Shown here piece after piece: positions 61,150 through 64,000 of a stretch of 64,000 nt of DNA. This DNA is from Bugula neritina (lineage: Eukaryota; Animalia; Bryozoa): NCBI GenBank assembly GCA_964035545.1, contig OZ037769.1, positions 6,987,929 to 7,051,928 of the forward strand, given 5' to 3'. The stretch's first letter is position 1. Each line of letters begins with the position of its first letter. The position numbers and the translations under genes are program-made. The notes under the pieces were generated by a model. It ran no database searches. It was given only the letters and a program-made list of their open reading frames with translations, and was not told the DNA's origin.

Positions 61150-64000
61150 TTATTTATTTTCAACTAATTCATAATACACTTCTTTCTCATCTTCACACTC
61201 GGTGAATTCCTCATTTGAGTCATGAAACATAGAGTTTACATTATTTCTTGTATTACCCAAGTTGTCGTTTTCATACCCACTGCCTTTTTCTTGAGTGATT
61301 TTTATTTGATTGTTTTCTGTGGCCACAGCTCGTCCAAATTCAGCATCTACAATTAAACCCTGAGAATCTTGAAAATCTTGCGCCACCAAGTTTTCACTTG
61401 CCTCTGTTTGACTCTCCTCAGTTTTATCTTTAACAACTTGTGTTTCCCAGTGTCTACTTGAACTCCTGCAGCTTTCAATTATGGTTTCTGGTGCATCAAA
61501 ATACTGCCCAATCGTGTTATCACACATGTCAGATGGCTGGTAAAAATCTGATGCTTCAAGTTGCTCTGCATCTGTAAATGAATTCTCTTTCTGGAGCTCA
61601 TTTTTATACTCTATTTGGTTTGTGTCATCTTTACAAATTGATTCATTTGGAGATTTATCAGCAATTTTGTCTCGGGAGGATTTAACAAAAACAGCATTTT
61701 GGTCACTCTTGAAACACTCTACTAGGTCTGAGATTTCTACTATTAGGTGATTGGTTGCATCACTGTACTCATCATCGCTGCTTTCAAAACTGATCTCTTC
61801 ATCTTCCGTTGATAAGTCCCTTATAGCTTCTGCTATGAAAGAGGCTACTGCATCAGATACCTCCTCGCCTTCCGCGTCTAGTTCTACCATTTCGTTAAAT
61901 TTAAGCAGTTCGTCTGCTTCTTCATAATCTTCTGCAGAAGCCTTCACGCCAACAGGCCAACTTTGTTCCTTTCCATTTTCTGCTACGTTAATCTTTGTGC
62001 CAATTTTAAGATCGTGATTCGATGTTGTACCAACTCTGTTATCTGGAGATATCATTGTTACTTCTTTTTCACTGTCGGCTAAAAATTAGATTTTCATATA
62101 TAAGACTTTAAAGGAAAATTTAAAGTTAAATATCCTAACCAAATAAACTAATGTATAATATCTGGCTTGTCTAAACTAAGTGCAAGTGCAAAAGACTTGC
62201 AAAACTGACATTAAACTATATAAAATTTGAAACCAGGTTTATTTTGCTTAAAAAATTAGATTTAAATGTCTTCTTTTTTGGAACTCAATTTAAATTTGAG
62301 ACTACTTTGTTTTACAGACAAAATATTTGTATGGGTTCATTAATTTTCAACAACACCATAAAAATAATTACATGCAGCTGTTATTAAATGGTATATGTTG
62401 GGTCTAATGAATCACCAGTCCACCTGTTAAATGCAGCCTAACTCTGAAGAGATTCTTCCTGCACTAGCTAAATGTTCATAACTCTAGTGTTAATAATTAT
62501 TACCCAGTAGCCCCTGTAGTGTAATGGTTAATGCGCCAGCTGCAAGCCGGTGGTCTCAGGTTCAAATCTCAGTAGGGCAAAAGTTCACAATAACCATGGT
62601 TTTTAAAAGTTAGCTGTTTTTGCATATTATAGAATTTTTATGCAGCATTGTATAATTTAGAGTTTTTTGGCACTCAAAACCAAGATGCGAAAACATAGGT
62701 GGATCTTCTTATAGGGGAGTCACAGACCAATATTTGTTACTAAGCTGTAAATAAAAGCTCGAACATTTTAAACTTAGCTGTGAATTCTAACCTTTCATTT
62801 GCAAAGTTTCCTGTTCAGAAGCAATTCGTTCTCTAAAGTTCCACATGTGTTCACTGACAACCGGGACAAAAGCAGCTGCAGCTAGAGTTGACCTAAGAGT
62901 AAAATACTGAGATCATGCCTACATCTTATATTACATCTTACTAATAAAGGCTCAACATTTAGATATATTTTCGTTGCATGGCTGGTACAAGAAATTTTCG
63001 CAGAGTATAATTGTATGTCGTGAAATTGTATACATACTCGTTCTTTATGATTGAACTTTGTGCAGTTTAGATATAATGGAGTATATTATATAACATAAAA
63101 GTATACCAAATATAGAGTTAGGTGTAATAATGGAAAAATTAGGAAAAGCCTGTGTTCTAGATTAGAAATGTAGCATAAAAAGCTATGTTCTTGTGAGAAT
63201 TTCAACCCACTTCTCACACCAAAATTTAATAATAAAACTAAAGAAGTTAGGCTATCTCAATTTCCCACTACTGCTTCTAAATGCAAATATACAAAAAAAT
63301 AAATTGATCATTATAAACTCAAATATAGCCATTAAGGCAGTAAAGCTTTTGCAAACCAAATCTTACCAAGAGGAAAGTCACACTTACATGATGGTGATTT
63401 CTTCCAGTGCTACGGTGACGCTTTCAGACTCGGCCACCAGTATTTGATCTCCAGCAAGGTCAGTACTACTCGTTTCCATTAATGCGTTATTTAAATCAAT
63501 TTGTTCGTTTGAAAACTTTCCAGTAATTTCATGCTTAGACTCCACATCTTCCGATATAGAATTCCCCTCAATAGATTGTGGATTAAAATTTGAGTTTACT
63601 TTTGACTGTGAGCTTTTCACTGTATGGCCATCTAAAGCTAATAGGAGGTTACTAGAGTCGCTGTTAATATCTAGCCTTTCAACCAAGTCGTCTTCATTCG
63701 ACTGAGTGCAGTTGGTGCAGCTGCAGCTGGGGTCATCGGCAGTTTCGCAACCTTTAGTACAAATACATTTTAGCAGAGGTGTTGTTGGACCCTTTATATT
63801 TTCTATGGCGTTATTTATTTCAGTTTTAGCAACAAGAGAGGCCTGAGCTTCTGGTAAAGAATCACGCAGTGTCTGACTGCACTCTCCGCTTTCAGCTTTA
63901 CAGTTTGCAGCATCTTGAGGTTGTTTCTGAGAAGTCAGAGGTGTGTTTCCTTCTAGCACTGAATCGGATAGGTTCTCATTCTGAGTAGATAGGTTAACAG
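61150..64000 (-). CDS. 3' coding exons of an uncharacterised acidic, intrinsically disordered protein (gene continues beyond window)
   Basis: Exons >=64000-63388 (phase-2 gtaagt donor), 62892-62792 (phase 2 to 1; STLAAAAFVPVVSEHMWNFRERIASEQETLQMK), 62078-61150 (stop). E/D/S-rich with no recognisable domain. Minus-strand AATAAA at 61110-61105. Confidence 0.8.
62510..62579 (+). mobile_element. tRNA-derived SINE head or tRNA pseudogene
   Basis: A-box TAGTGTAATGG and B-box GGTTCAAATC at tRNA spacing, GCCC…GGGC(A) acceptor-like ends, imperfect anticodon arm; intronic and antisense to the host gene. Confidence 0.6.

Noticed and set aside
62510-62579. Functional tRNA gene
   Set aside because: Acceptor and anticodon stems are imperfect; better explained as a SINE head or pseudogene (tRNAscan-SE would decide).

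Overview
AT-rich, intron-containing invertebrate metazoan genomic DNA (species not determinable here). All gene models were built by hand from GT/AG junctions with phase checks; homology calls rest on recalled family motifs, not database searches. Layout: Rap1 (+, 6 coding exons, 2625-9287), tail-to-tail with ASH2L (-, 14 exons, 26935-10075). The 8.4 kb ASH2L intron (11549-19947) holds a complete antisense 9-exon gene (+, 14977-19151, ~406 aa) with its own AP-1/CRE/TATA promoter; it encodes a predicted N-myristoylated disordered protein ending in a WH2-like motif and a putative PDZ ligand. Diverging from ASH2L is a giant dystroglycan-like gene (+, 17 coding exons, 31094-60489, ~3716 aa): signal peptide, alpha-DG N-terminal domains, furin site, ~1770-aa sequon-rich mucin stalk, six tandem CADG+SEA-like modules, TM and a PPxY tail. 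Its 8.5 kb intron (34674-43176) holds an antisense type II transmembrane, furin-sheddable collagen (-, 41905-35675, ~1505 aa) with a single 413-triplet Lys-rich, Pro-poor exon and mirror-symmetric end blocks. The 3' exons of an acidic disordered protein gene (-) enter from the right edge. Introns contain MITEs, hAT and LINE remnants, a tRNA-derived SINE-like head, and many tandem repeats seeded at splice donors.
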